DNA of 63,560 bases, from positions 1-63,560 of the forward strand of contig JBKJIX010000022.1 in NCBI GenBank assembly GCA_046598205.1, written 5' to 3'. Shown in pieces: positions 53,724-63,266 of the stretch. Each line of letters opens with the position of its first letter. The first letter of the stretch is position 1. The notes under the pieces were generated by a model. It saw only the letters and a list, made by a program, of their open reading frames with translations, was not told the DNA's origin and did no database searches. Made by a program: the position numbers and the translations under genes. This stretch comes from Chitinophagaceae bacterium (GTDB lineage Bacteria > Bacteroidota > Bacteroidia > Chitinophagales > Chitinophagaceae).

Positions 53724-53826
53724 GGAGCACAAAGCTCACAAAGTTTTTCACGAAGAACACAACGTATTAAAAGTAAAGGAAAATTTCGTAGTGAACATTG
53801 TGTTTTCGTAGTGTTCGTTGTGCTCC
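53724..53826. repeat. Gene-less element of CACRAAG-periodic arrays in inverted orientation
   Basis: Perfect 9-bp termini GGAGCACAA / TTGTGCTCC. Confidence 0.7.
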
Positions 53827-53942
53827 AACTAATTTTTATCAACCATCCTTTTCTCTTATCGGATAAGAAAGAAACTTATACAAGTGCAGGCTATCTTTCA
53901 GTGTTTTTTGAAAATTCAAAATCAACCTCGTAGTTTTGTAGC

Positions 53943-54449
53943 ATGAAACTAATAGAAGCAAGACAACAATTTATCAGCAGTTGGGGTGCCTTTGGCACTC
54001 ATTGGGGCATCAACCGTACAATGGCGCAGATACATGCACTACTGCTTATCAGCCCTGATCCGCTAACACAGGATGATATAATGGAACAACTAAACATCAG
54101 CCGTGGCAATACTAATATGAACATCCGGGAACTTATCAACTGGGGGCTGGTGGAAAGGGTACTGCTCTCGGGAGAACGGAAAGAATATTTTACGGCTGAA
54201 AAAGATATATGGAAAGTAGTGACGCAGATAGTGAAGGAAAGAAAAAAACGGGAACTGGAACCAATGCTTCAGCTATTGGACAAGCTGGAAGAAGTGGATG
54301 GTGATAAAAAAGATAAACATGTAAAACTATTTGTTGAAACCGTTAGTGGTATTAAAAAGCTTGGTCGCCAGGCCGATAAAACATTAGACAGGATGATAAA
54401 GGCGGAAGAAAGCTGGTTTATTAGTTCCATGATGAAAATTTTTAAATAA
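53943..54449 (+). CDS. GbsR/MarR-family transcriptional regulator
   Basis: WGINRTMAQIHALL..ISRGNTNMNIREL..GERKEYF; TAGTTTTG -7 element at 53931-53938. Confidence 0.88.
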   Translation: MKLIEARQQFISSWGAFGTHWGINRTMAQIHALLLISPDPLTQDDIMEQLNISRGNTNMNIRELINWGLVERVLLSGERKEYFTAEKDIWKVVTQIVKERKKRELEPMLQLLDKLEEVDGDKKDKHVKLFVETVSGIKKLGRQADKTLDRMIKAEESWFISSMMKIFK

Positions 54450-54837
54450 TTGGATTATACGCAACTACAAGAACTTCGACTTTTTTAGCCAGGTAGTTTT
54501 AATACTGGCAGCATTAGGGGGTTATTTTGATAAAGGTGGCGGTGTAACATCTGTTTCCATAATCGCTTTTGCTGTTCTGCAAATTATCAGCCTTCTTGTT
54601 CATCTTATATATGGCAAACAAAGCTGGAAAGAAAGTTCATTAAGAAAAATCCATCTTATTGGAACTGGCGTTGTAATACTGGTAATGATATATGGCCTGG
54701 TAAAGCCTGCAGAAGACAAATATGACATGAGTGGTTTGGGTATTATCATATATGCACTGATTCCCGCTGCCCTGGTAGCACTATTTTATACCGTTATTAC
54801 TTTTTTAGAGTGGAAGAAATTAAAAAACAGGTCATAG
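54436..54837 (+). CDS. Multi-TM membrane protein missing from the ORF track (no early canonical start)
   Basis: 133 open codons with about four hydrophobic segments filling the gap between the regulator and the CoA-binding gene. Confidence 0.65.
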   Translation, partial: KFLNNWIIRNYKNFDFFSQVVLILAALGGYFDKGGGVTSVSIIAFAVLQIISLLVHLIYGKQSWKESSLRKIHLIGTGVVILVMIYGLVKPAEDKYDMSGLGIIIYALIPAALVALFYTVITFLEWKKLKNRS

Positions 54838-54846
54838 CTTTACAGT

Positions 54847-55212
54847 ATGAATGAAAAGAAAACACTTGTTCTTGGCGCATCTGATAATTCTTCCCGCTAT
54901 AGCTACCTCGCTGTACAACGATTGAAAAATCATGGTCACCCTGTGGTGGCGGTAGGCAGAAAACATAGTTTTGTCGCAGATGTTGAAATTAATACCGAAA
55001 AAAAACAGTGGGATAATATTGACACTGTAACACTTTACCTGAACCCCTTACACCAAAAAGAATACTACGATTATATTCTCTCCCTCAAGCCCAACCGCAT
55101 CATCTTTAACCCCGGTGCCGAAAATGAAGAGCTAATGACTCTTGCTGAAGAGAACGGTATCAATACAATTGAGGCCTGTACATTAGTGATGCTTAGTACA
55201 AACCAGTACTAA
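54847..55212 (+). CDS. CoA-binding protein (YccU-like)
   Basis: VLGASDNSSRYS, IDTVTLY, IIFNPGAE, ACTLVM. Confidence 0.9.
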   Translation: MNEKKTLVLGASDNSSRYSYLAVQRLKNHGHPVVAVGRKHSFVADVEINTEKKQWDNIDTVTLYLNPLHQKEYYDYILSLKPNRIIFNPGAENEELMTLAEENGINTIEACTLVMLSTNQY

Positions 55213-55410
55213 ATAGTAGATAGCCAATTCTTTTGCCGTGCTTTTACGATTGATAAGAAAGGATTACTCCTACTTATTCAAATTTCTTTTACTTCTTTCT
55301 TGCATCTTCTCAAAATTTTCACAAATCTTGTTATACCGTACCCTACTGATAACTGCAACCCCAAAACCAGGTTGCTGAACAATATCCTATTGACCTTAAA
55401 AAAAGCTCAA

Positions 55411-55887
55411 ATGAAAAACCTTCGTACCATCGCAGCATGCATTAGCATTCCGCTTTTCAGCCTCTGCTCTTCTGCACAAACCGGTAACACCATTAAGGTG
55501 AATGAACCCAATTACAACAAGTCAAAATTGTTCCAGGAACTACCGGAAAAAATTCAGGTAAGCATGGATAACATCAGCGATTTGTTTAACGGTGAAATCG
55601 GTAGTTCTATCAGCCTCAATTTATCTGGTGATGAATCATTGCGTTTTAATGGTGATGTAGTTTCGGTAGTAAGTAAGTACGAAAATACCATCCAGAGTGT
55701 GGTTGTTCGGTCTACTAACTACAGCGGTGCCCGGTTAACGGTATCTAAGATTACCGATGCAAACGGCAATATATCCTACACCGGCAGGATAATAAGTATG
55801 CAGCATGGTGATTTGTTTGAACTAAAGAATGTTGACAACCACCTTGTACTCGTAAAAAGAAAATTTCATGACTTGGTAAATGAATAA
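55411..55887 (+). CDS. Hypothetical secreted protein
   Basis: Signal peptide from ATG 55411; directly upstream of a metalloprotease. Confidence 0.75.
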   Translation: MKNLRTIAACISIPLFSLCSSAQTGNTIKVNEPNYNKSKLFQELPEKIQVSMDNISDLFNGEIGSSISLNLSGDESLRFNGDVVSVVSKYENTIQSVVVRSTNYSGARLTVSKITDANGNISYTGRIISMQHGDLFELKNVDNHLVLVKRKFHDLVNE

Positions 55888-55980
55888 AATTTCCTTGTCA
55901 TAAATCTTGATAAATGGTCCGTTTTTACATCCGTATCCTATAATACCCTTTTGAAAAACTATCTTAAATCCGCCTTGTTT

Positions 55981-57576
55981 ATGAAAACCTTTTTTAAACC
56001 CATACTGGTGGCATTGTCCTGTGCCATTGTTATGAATGCAAATGCACAGGTGCCACTGCTCAGCAGTCAGCCTTCAGCACCAGCAGTTATATTTCTTGAT
56101 TTTGACGGACACACTGTAGATGGCACTGCATGGAACTATAATGGGCCAATCTATTGCGGTGCTTCCGGATTAGACAACACAAAAATCACCACCATTTTTA
56201 ACCGGGTGGCTGAAGATTATCGGCCATTCAACATTAATGTTACAACCGACTCTACACAATTCCTGGCCGCACTTCCAACAAAAAGAATGAGGGTGCTACT
56301 TACTGTATCGTATGAATGGTATGGTTCAGCAGGGGGTGTAGCGTTTGTGGGCTCATTCAACTGGGGCGACGATTCCCCTTGTTTTGTATTTAGCTCATTG
56401 CTGAATTACAATGTAAAAAATATTGCTGAAGCTGCCTCGCATGAGACAGGCCATACACTGGGCCTTTTTCATCAGTCAACCTATGATGCCAATTGTGTAA
56501 AAACATCTGACTATAACTATGGTGTGGGTGCCGGTGAAATTGGCTGGGCTCCTATTATGGGTGTAGGATATTATCAAAATCTTACGTCGTGGCATAATGG
56601 CCCTAACTCCTATGGATGCACCAGTTTCCAGAGCGACCTGAATATCATTACCACTTCAAATGGCATTGCCTTCCGGACAGATGATTATGCTGCCTCTTTT
56701 GGTTCAGCCACTAATGTTTCCTTTACAGCCAATCAATTCACTTTAAACGGCATGGTAGGACAAAACAGTGACCAGGATATGATCCGGTTTACACAACCCG
56801 GCTCAGGCCGTTTTCAGTTGGATGCTGTTCCTTATAATGTAGGCACCGGCAATTCAGGATCTAATCTTGATTTACAAATCTCTTTATATAATAATTCTCA
56901 AACCTTACTGAATGTTTATAACCCCGGCGCATTACTAAGTTCTGTAATTGATACCCAGCTAAACCCTGGTACATATTACCTGAAAATAGAAGGTAAGGGG
57001 AATATTTATGCCCCCGATTATACCAGCCTCGGTTCGTATGCACTGCGGGGAGACTATACTGCAAACGCCACACTGGCTGTAAGAAGAATAGAGCTACAGG
57101 GTGAACTGGTTAGTGATAAACACAGGCTTACCTGGATTATTGATGCTGATGAAGCTATTACAAAACAAATACTGGAAGTTTCAACCGATGGTCGAAATTT
57201 CACACCGCTAACACAATCCCCCAATAATTTACGTTCATTCATGTACAAGCCCTTTGTAACAACAACGGCGCAATATCGACTGAATGTAACATTCGATAAT
57301 GGCCGGAAGTATTATTCAAATGTTGTAACGCTTAGCAATAACGCCATTGCCACCTGGCCAAAATTGGTAAGTAATATCGCTAACAATAATGTAACTGTAA
57401 CCAGCCCCGGCACATACAGCTTTACCATTTATGAACTTGGTGGTAAGACAGTAAGCAAAGGACAATTGGCAAATGGTCTTAATACAATAAATACATCAGC
57501 TATTAATGGTGGCATGTATTTCATCCGCTTTGCCAACGGTAACGAACAATGGCTTGATAAATTTGTAAAGCAATAA
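55981..57576 (+). CDS. Metzincin-type zinc metalloprotease with T9SS-like C-terminal sorting domain
   Basis: HETGHTLGLFH (HExxHxxGxxH), Met-turn PIMG, C-terminal IYELGG...GMYFIR...KFVKQ. Confidence 0.88.
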   Translation: MKTFFKPILVALSCAIVMNANAQVPLLSSQPSAPAVIFLDFDGHTVDGTAWNYNGPIYCGASGLDNTKITTIFNRVAEDYRPFNINVTTDSTQFLAALPTKRMRVLLTVSYEWYGSAGGVAFVGSFNWGDDSPCFVFSSLLNYNVKNIAEAASHETGHTLGLFHQSTYDANCVKTSDYNYGVGAGEIGWAPIMGVGYYQNLTSWHNGPNSYGCTSFQSDLNIITTSNGIAFRTDDYAASFGSATNVSFTANQFTLNGMVGQNSDQDMIRFTQPGSGRFQLDAVPYNVGTGNSGSNLDLQISLYNNSQTLLNVYNPGALLSSVIDTQLNPGTYYLKIEGKGNIYAPDYTSLGSYALRGDYTANATLAVRRIELQGELVSDKHRLTWIIDADEAITKQILEVSTDGRNFTPLTQSPNNLRSFMYKPFVTTTAQYRLNVTFDNGRKYYSNVVTLSNNAIATWPKLVSNIANNNVTVTSPGTYSFTIYELGGKTVSKGQLANGLNTINTSAINGGMYFIRFANGNEQWLDKFVKQ

Positions 57577-57630
57577 ACTCTTTTGCGTCCCGCTTGGCGG
57601 GACAATAATCCGTACCCCCTATTGTTATTC

Positions 57631-57666
57631 AGAGGTTTTCCTGTAATTTAGGAAAACCTCTTTTTT
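57631..57666 (+). terminator. Intrinsic terminator
   Basis: AGAGGTTTTCCT-loop-AGGAAAACCTCTTTTTT. Confidence 0.75.
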
Positions 57667-58140
57667 ATGCGATGGAGAAAATTTAATGGCGACCCGATTG
57701 AACTACCCATTATGGAAGCTGTTGAGAATGCTATAAAACGGGAAATTCAAAAGGGATTTCGTTTAAAAGTTTGCATCGGCACCGACTCACAGGTAAAAGG
57801 AAAGGAAACAGAATTTGCTACTGTTATTGTTTTTCTGAGAGAAGGTCATGGTGGTTTCATGTTTATTCACAATGAAAAAACACGGCAGCAGTACACCATC
57901 AAAGAACGGATGCTGATGGAAGTAGCCAAAAGTATTGAGATTGCTTACGAACTCTGCAACCTATTTACCGTGTATGATGTGGACATGGAAGTGCATGCAG
58001 ACATTAACACCAACCCCAGTTTCAAAAGCAACGATGCACTGAAAGAAGCCATGGGCTACATACTCGGCATGGGCTTTGCCTTTAAAGCCAAACCCGAAGC
58101 CTTTGCCAGTAGCAGTTGTGCTAACAAGATGGTGAATTAG
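57667..58140 (+). CDS. RNase H-like YkuK (DUF458) family protein
   Basis: IGTDSQ, EVHADIN, KPEAFASSSCAN. Confidence 0.85.
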   Translation: MRWRKFNGDPIELPIMEAVENAIKREIQKGFRLKVCIGTDSQVKGKETEFATVIVFLREGHGGFMFIHNEKTRQQYTIKERMLMEVAKSIEIAYELCNLFTVYDVDMEVHADINTNPSFKSNDALKEAMGYILGMGFAFKAKPEAFASSSCANKMVN

Positions 58141-58203
58141 ATTAATGTCCGCCAGAAATTTTTGTAAATGCGGAGAGTTCCTCCGGCAGTAAGATTGACT
58201 CCC

Positions 58204-58539
58204 CTACTTTTTCCTTCTCCTCAAACCAATAATAAGCAAAGCCAATAATACCACACCTATACCGATGCGTAGTATGGCCGCTTTTTTCTGTTTAGCCTTT
58301 TGCTCTTTTTGAAGTTGTAAGATGCCATCCATATTCCGGGAAGTATCTTCCTGAATTTTATCCTTTTCAATAACTGGAATAGTATTGATGACGCTGTCTT
58401 TTATTTTCTGCAGTTTTTCAACGGTAGAAGCATCCGGAATAAGCTTACGTTTTTCAAATTTTGGTTTGGCTGTATCGCTATTTTGTGGATAACCTGTAAT
58501 GCCGCTAATTATAAACAGGAGTAAAAAAAACCTCTTCAT
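58204..58539 (-). CDS. Hypothetical protein with signal peptide and C-terminal TM anchor
   Basis: Hydrophobic ends, terminal RRRKK. Confidence 0.7.
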   Translation of the reverse strand: MKRFFLLLFIISGITGYPQNSDTAKPKFEKRKLIPDASTVEKLQKIKDSVINTIPVIEKDKIQEDTSRNMDGILQLQKEQKAKQKKAAILRIGIGVVLLALLIIGLRRRKK

Positions 58540-58595
58540 GGGTTTGTTTGATTAATCAAATCACAAAGAAAAAGAAGAATAATGAGCCCGGCTGT

Positions 58596-58796
58596 TTACT
58601 CTTTAATAAGAACAGGTAACTGTTCCTTAACAGGGGCCGGTAAATGCTCGGTAATCAGCGTAGAAGCGGTACTGGTATTGACTCCGGTGTACATCTTTTC
58701 CATCTTCTTGCTGTCTTCCTGGGCAAGAGAAAAAGTGATAAGCACCATCACGAAAAGCACAATAACCAGATTTCGTTCGGATAAGATTGCTCTCAT
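58596..58796 (-). CDS. Small hypothetical membrane protein
   Basis: MRAILSERNLVIVLFVMVLITFSLAQED; likely start 58796. Confidence 0.55.
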   Translation of the reverse strand: MRAILSERNLVIVLFVMVLITFSLAQEDSKKMEKMYTGVNTSTASTLITEHLPAPVKEQLPVLIKE

Positions 58797-58870
58797 AAGC
58801 AGTATATAATAGGCTGCAAAATAGGGTATTAATCTCACAAAAACATACCCCTTATGTGGTAATTTATTCA

Positions 58871-59491
58871 CTAAAGCTTCGTAAAACTTCTATTTAATCC
58901 GCCGATATAGTCCAGCAACGGCTTACGACCTGTTTTTTTAAGGGCGGAAGTAATAAAATAAGGCGGATTTTCTTCCCATTTTTCTGCCAAAGCACCCAAA
59001 AAAGTTGACACATTTCTGTCCGTTGCGCCCGGTTTATTCTTATCACTTTTAGTAAATAGCAGCACAAAGGGAATCTCCCATTCTCCCAATTGGTTGATGA
59101 ACTCCAGATCAATCGCCTGTGGCTCATGCCGGCTATCAATCAGCACAAACATACAAACAAGGTTTTCCCGTTTACGTATATACGATTCAATCATATTACC
59201 CCAGTTATTTCTCGCCTTTTGAGAAACCGTGGCGGCATAACCATAGCCTGGCAGATCTACGAGGAACCATTTCTTTTTATCAGAAGAAATAATTTCAAAA
59301 TGATTCAGCAGTTGTGTTTTGCCGGGGGTGGAAGATATTTTAGCCAACCCTTTTTTATTGGTCAGCATATTTATCAACGATGATTTGCCCACATTGCTCC
59401 GTCCGATAAAAGCATACTCTGGCTTATCTGCCGACGGGCAATCCTTATAACCGGGACTGCTGATAATATACTGGGCTGATACAATTTCCAT
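58871..59491 (-). CDS. yihA: Ribosome biogenesis GTPase YihA/EngB
   Basis: GRSNVGKSS, DLPGYG, TKSD. Confidence 0.96.
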   Translation of the reverse strand: MEIVSAQYIISSPGYKDCPSADKPEYAFIGRSNVGKSSLINMLTNKKGLAKISSTPGKTQLLNHFEIISSDKKKWFLVDLPGYGYAATVSQKARNNWGNMIESYIRKRENLVCMFVLIDSRHEPQAIDLEFINQLGEWEIPFVLLFTKSDKNKPGATDRNVSTFLGALAEKWEENPPYFITSALKKTGRKPLLDYIGGLNRSFTKL

Positions 59492-59578
59492 GTGTTGCAA
59501 AGTAAGAGTAAACAATCTGCTTTAAAACTATAAACCAGCAACTAAAAACCAGAAACCAGCATTACCTTTGCCCCCGCT

Positions 59579-60331
59579 ATGGCAAACCCATTACCCCACG
59601 ATCATATCATTCCCTTCAAAGATTCTGAAAAAGGCAAAAAAGAACAGGTGGCCGATATGTTTAACCGGATATCTGGCAAGTATGATAAAATGAACCGGTT
59701 TCTGTCTGCCCGCACAGATATTGGCTGGCGCAAAAAAGCTATCCGCAAATTAAAAAAAGATAATCCCCGGCATATTTTAGATGTAGCCACCGGCACTGCT
59801 GATATGGCCCTGCTGGCTTATAAAATGCTGAAACCAGACCTTGTTACTGGCATTGATATATCAGAAGGAATGCTGGAATTGGGTAGAAAGAAGATTGAAA
59901 AAGAACAACTTGGGGACAAAATCCAGTTACACCTTGGCGATTCAGAAACAATAAACTTTGCTGAAAATACGTTTGATGCCGTGATGGTGGCATTTGGAGT
60001 CCGGAACTTTGAAAACCTGGAAAACGGCCTGGCAGAAATGTTTCGGGTATTAAAACCCGGTGGCCGTTTGGTAGTGCTTGAATTTTCAAAACCCCGGCTT
60101 AAAGCAGTTAAAAATTTATACAACTTGTACATGGGCATCGTGGCTCCGGAAGTAGCCCGTTGGTTTAAACAGGACAAAGAGGCTTACCAATATTTAAATA
60201 AGTCGGCCAATGCTTTTCCCGACCGCCATTTATTTACTGACATTTTAAAAAAAGTGGGATACTCCAATACGGAATTCAAACCGCTAAGCTTAGGAATATG
60301 TTGCATTTACTCCGGACAAAAGCCTGCCTGA
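59579..60331 (+). CDS. ubiE: Demethylmenaquinone methyltransferase UbiE/MenG
   Basis: YDKMN, LDVATGTAD, AFGVRNF, RVLKPGG, LEFS; TACCTTTG -7 element at 59563-59570. Confidence 0.95.
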   Translation: MANPLPHDHIIPFKDSEKGKKEQVADMFNRISGKYDKMNRFLSARTDIGWRKKAIRKLKKDNPRHILDVATGTADMALLAYKMLKPDLVTGIDISEGMLELGRKKIEKEQLGDKIQLHLGDSETINFAENTFDAVMVAFGVRNFENLENGLAEMFRVLKPGGRLVVLEFSKPRLKAVKNLYNLYMGIVAPEVARWFKQDKEAYQYLNKSANAFPDRHLFTDILKKVGYSNTEFKPLSLGICCIYSGQKPA

Positions 60332-61053
60332 AAATAATAACCGTGTTGTTGCTGTGCGGATGCCTCCTGCTTCCTCATATAACCACCGCTCAATATTACC
60401 CTTACAGCAAGGTGGAAATGAACCGCACCGATCAGGATAGCAAGCCTTATTATTTTGGTATGAGTATCGGCATCAACCTGGCTCGTTTTCAAACAGAGCT
60501 TCATCCTGTTTTTTTACAAAACGATAGTGTGTATGTGGCCGAGCCCAACAACTCAGGCGGCATCACTTTAGGGTTCCAGGCCACGGCCCGTTTATCCAAC
60601 CGTTTTCAATTACGTTTCAATCCGCAACTGATGTTTGTGGAGCGGAATATTTTTTACCGGCTCAAGTATCCTGATCTTAATGGCGATACCAGTTCGATAA
60701 AGAAAGTGGAATCAATTATAGCAGCTTTTCCTTTTCAATTAAAATTTCAGAGTGACCGCATCGGCAACTTCCGGGTTTACACATTACTCGGCTTTAAGGC
60801 CGATATAGACATGGCCAGCAATGCCCGTGCAAAAAAAGCAGAAGAGTTGGTGAAAATAGAGAAATATGATTTTGGTCCTGAGTTTGGAATCGGTTTCAAC
60901 TTTTACTTTCCCAGTTTTATTTTTTCTCCTGAAATAAAAATCAGTAATGGCCTCCGCAACATACATGCAAGAGATGCCAACCTCAAATACTCCAATGTGT
61001 TTGATAAAATACAATCGAGGATGATTGTGTTTACGATTCATCTGGAGGGATAA
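60298..61053 (+). CDS. porT: PorT/SprT-like T9SS outer membrane beta-barrel protein
   Basis: Signal peptide, KFQSDRIGNFR, FIFSPEIKIS, terminal HLEG; follows ubiE as usual in Bacteroidota. Confidence 0.8.
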   Translation: MLHLLRTKACLKIITVLLLCGCLLLPHITTAQYYPYSKVEMNRTDQDSKPYYFGMSIGINLARFQTELHPVFLQNDSVYVAEPNNSGGITLGFQATARLSNRFQLRFNPQLMFVERNIFYRLKYPDLNGDTSSIKKVESIIAAFPFQLKFQSDRIGNFRVYTLLGFKADIDMASNARAKKAEELVKIEKYDFGPEFGIGFNFYFPSFIFSPEIKISNGLRNIHARDANLKYSNVFDKIQSRMIVFTIHLEG

Positions 61054-61363
61054 AGACAAAAACTTCACCCCCCTTTTTTTTAAATACAATTTGGGGTTCT
61101 CAGCAATAGTAACTCCGGTCAGCAGCAGTCCGCCGCCCGCCTCCAATCTTTTTTGCCCACCACACCAGCTATAAAAAAAAAGGATTTCCGGCTAAGCGGC
61201 GCAGCCCATCAGCTATAGAACAAATCCAGGCAATAGCTGCACATCAAAGCCCCCTGAATTACAGGTAGCATTTTCCATTCTTATTTCTACAAATAAAACA
61301 TAATTGGCCAATTCAGCATCGTAGCCGGATAGGAAGTTGTAAATTCATTTACAAACAAAATAA

Positions 61364-62605
61364 ATGAAGCAGGTAATTCTAAAGCCATTACAGCACCGGG
61401 AACAGGAATGTATCGGTATTTATTTTGAAAACTCATCTGTTCTTAATGGTGCTATTCGTAAGAATGCCGGAGCCAGGTGGAGCCGTACCAATAAATGCTG
61501 GTATGTGCCATTGAGTAAAGAGAACTATAACAAGCTCTTCTTTGCATTAAAAGGGAAGGCAGAAATAGAACAGGCTGCGCTGCTTCGCTATCTTTCAGAA
61601 AAGAAAACTCAAACATCCTCTGTAACTGCATCCAGCAAAGAGTTCTCTGTTAGCAAAATACCCGTCACTCAAAAAAAAAATGCTACGCCCTGGACAACGC
61701 AACGGGTAGCTGTATTTAAAAAAGAACAAATAAGCGCCGCCAATGCACATATCATACCTGCTATGCATCAGCATTTGAAATTGAAAGCCTACAGCCCCTC
61801 GACCATAAAAACGTATCTGAATGAGATGTCGCAGCTACTTAATTTATTAAAAGGCATTCCGGCCGATCAACTTACGGTAGCAGATTTGAAAAGATACCTG
61901 GTATATTGTTTAGAAAAATTAAACCTGAAAGAAAACACTTTGCATAGCCGGATCAATGCTTTAAAGTTTTATTATGAGCAGGTACTGGGTAGGGAAAAGT
62001 TTTTTTGGGAAATACCAAGACCGAAAAAACAATTGCTATTACCAAAATTGCTGAACGAAACAGAACTAACAAAGTTGTTCAATGCCCTTGTAAACAAAAA
62101 GCATAAAGCGATGCTTTTTACTGTTTACAGTTCAGGATTAAGAGTAAGCGAAATTGTAAATCTTAAATTAGAGGATATTGATAGCCAGCGGATGCAAATA
62201 CATATCAGAAGAGCAAAAGGTAAAAAGGACAGGTATGTAAACCTAAGCCCCGTATTGCTTGATATTTTGAGAAGTTATATCAAAGCTGCAAAGCCCCGGC
62301 CTAAAGAATACCTTTTTGAATCGGAGCAAACCGGCAATGCCTACCCCACCCGGACTGTACAGCAGGTATTTACCAATGCCAAACAAAAAGCAGGAATACT
62401 AAAAGAAGTTGGAATACATAGTTTACGGCACAGTTTTGCCACCCATTTATTAGACAAGGGAACTGATATACGTTATATAAAAGATTTGCTGGGGCATTTC
62501 GATATTAGAACAACAGAAAGATACCTGCATGTCAGCAAAAAACAATTGGTTAATATTATAAGTCCCTTCGACGATTTATGGAAAAAGGAAACAATCGACT
62601 GGTGA
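61364..62605 (+). CDS. Tyrosine recombinase (integron-integrase-like, without IntI insertion)
   Basis: SGLRVSE (R), KGKKDR (K), HSLRHSFATHLL (HxxR), LLGH, TTERY (Y); SAM-like YSPSTIKTY domain; ~130-aa N-terminal extension. Confidence 0.93.
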   Translation: MKQVILKPLQHREQECIGIYFENSSVLNGAIRKNAGARWSRTNKCWYVPLSKENYNKLFFALKGKAEIEQAALLRYLSEKKTQTSSVTASSKEFSVSKIPVTQKKNATPWTTQRVAVFKKEQISAANAHIIPAMHQHLKLKAYSPSTIKTYLNEMSQLLNLLKGIPADQLTVADLKRYLVYCLEKLNLKENTLHSRINALKFYYEQVLGREKFFWEIPRPKKQLLLPKLLNETELTKLFNALVNKKHKAMLFTVYSSGLRVSEIVNLKLEDIDSQRMQIHIRRAKGKKDRYVNLSPVLLDILRSYIKAAKPRPKEYLFESEQTGNAYPTRTVQQVFTNAKQKAGILKEVGIHSLRHSFATHLLDKGTDIRYIKDLLGHFDIRTTERYLHVSKKQLVNIISPFDDLWKKETIDW

Positions 62606-62696
62606 ATAGGTAAAAGGCCTTTGGTGGATTGTCCTAATAACAATACAAAATGTATAACACTAATTCATTGATTTTCAGACAGCATTTTTTTTGAAG

Positions 62697-62735
62697 GGTG
62701 CGTCTAATAGCATAAATTTACGTGTTATCGTCAAT
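62697..62735 (+). other. Putative attI-like recombination site (crossover G|TTATCG at 62724/62725)
   Basis: GTTATCG 119 bp after the integrase stop; exact complement of the attC-like left core. Confidence 0.65.
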
Positions 62736-63266
62736 CGTTTCAGCTATTTTTCCGCTCTGCGAAATTTTCTTACTGTAATTAAAAAACATTTTCATCTACA
62801 ACTCTGGTCGTAGTTAGAATATGTTCTCAACTGTGGTAACACTGATGAGCTTTTGTCCCGGCTTTCCGTAACACGGATGAATGCAAGTTGCTTCAAATCC
62901 GAACTGCGTAGTCAGAATAAAACTTCAACATTTGTAACACAGATGAGCTGTAGTTCCAGGCTTTCCGTAACACGGATGGCAAATGGTCGTCTAACGATTC
63001 AATAATAGTCTGCTGATTTATTTTTTGTTGCCAATAGATAAAAGGCATTTGATGGGACGACCGTATTACGAAAGCCGATAACAAGGGGTTTTCTGCTATG
63101 CTGGCTGACGAATATATCCTGATCATCCTGTCCCCTACTCAACTGTAGTCCGGGCTGACCGAATAAATCTCAACAGTATATCTTAACTTCAACATCAGTA
63201 ATTCTATTGGGCTTCAGTTATGGGCTTGACGTTTTTCAAATTCCAGCACAGCAGAAAGCCCTAACG
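62725..63266 (+). mobile_element. Putative gene cassette 1 (ORF-less, 542 bp)
   Basis: Bounded by two GTT cores and ending in an attC-like hairpin. Confidence 0.65.

Noticed and set aside
61364-62605. Calling the recombinase XerC/XerD or a canonical IntI
   Set aside because: It has a long N-terminal extension unlike Xer proteins and lacks the IntI-specific insertion.
62842-62905. CTGATGAG resembling a hammerhead ribozyme core
   Set aside because: No properly placed GAAA with a closing stem II was found, and the second repeat copy has CAGATGAG.
62836-62978. Possible mini CRISPR array
   Set aside because: Only two long repeats with internal sub-repeats, and no cas genes in the window.
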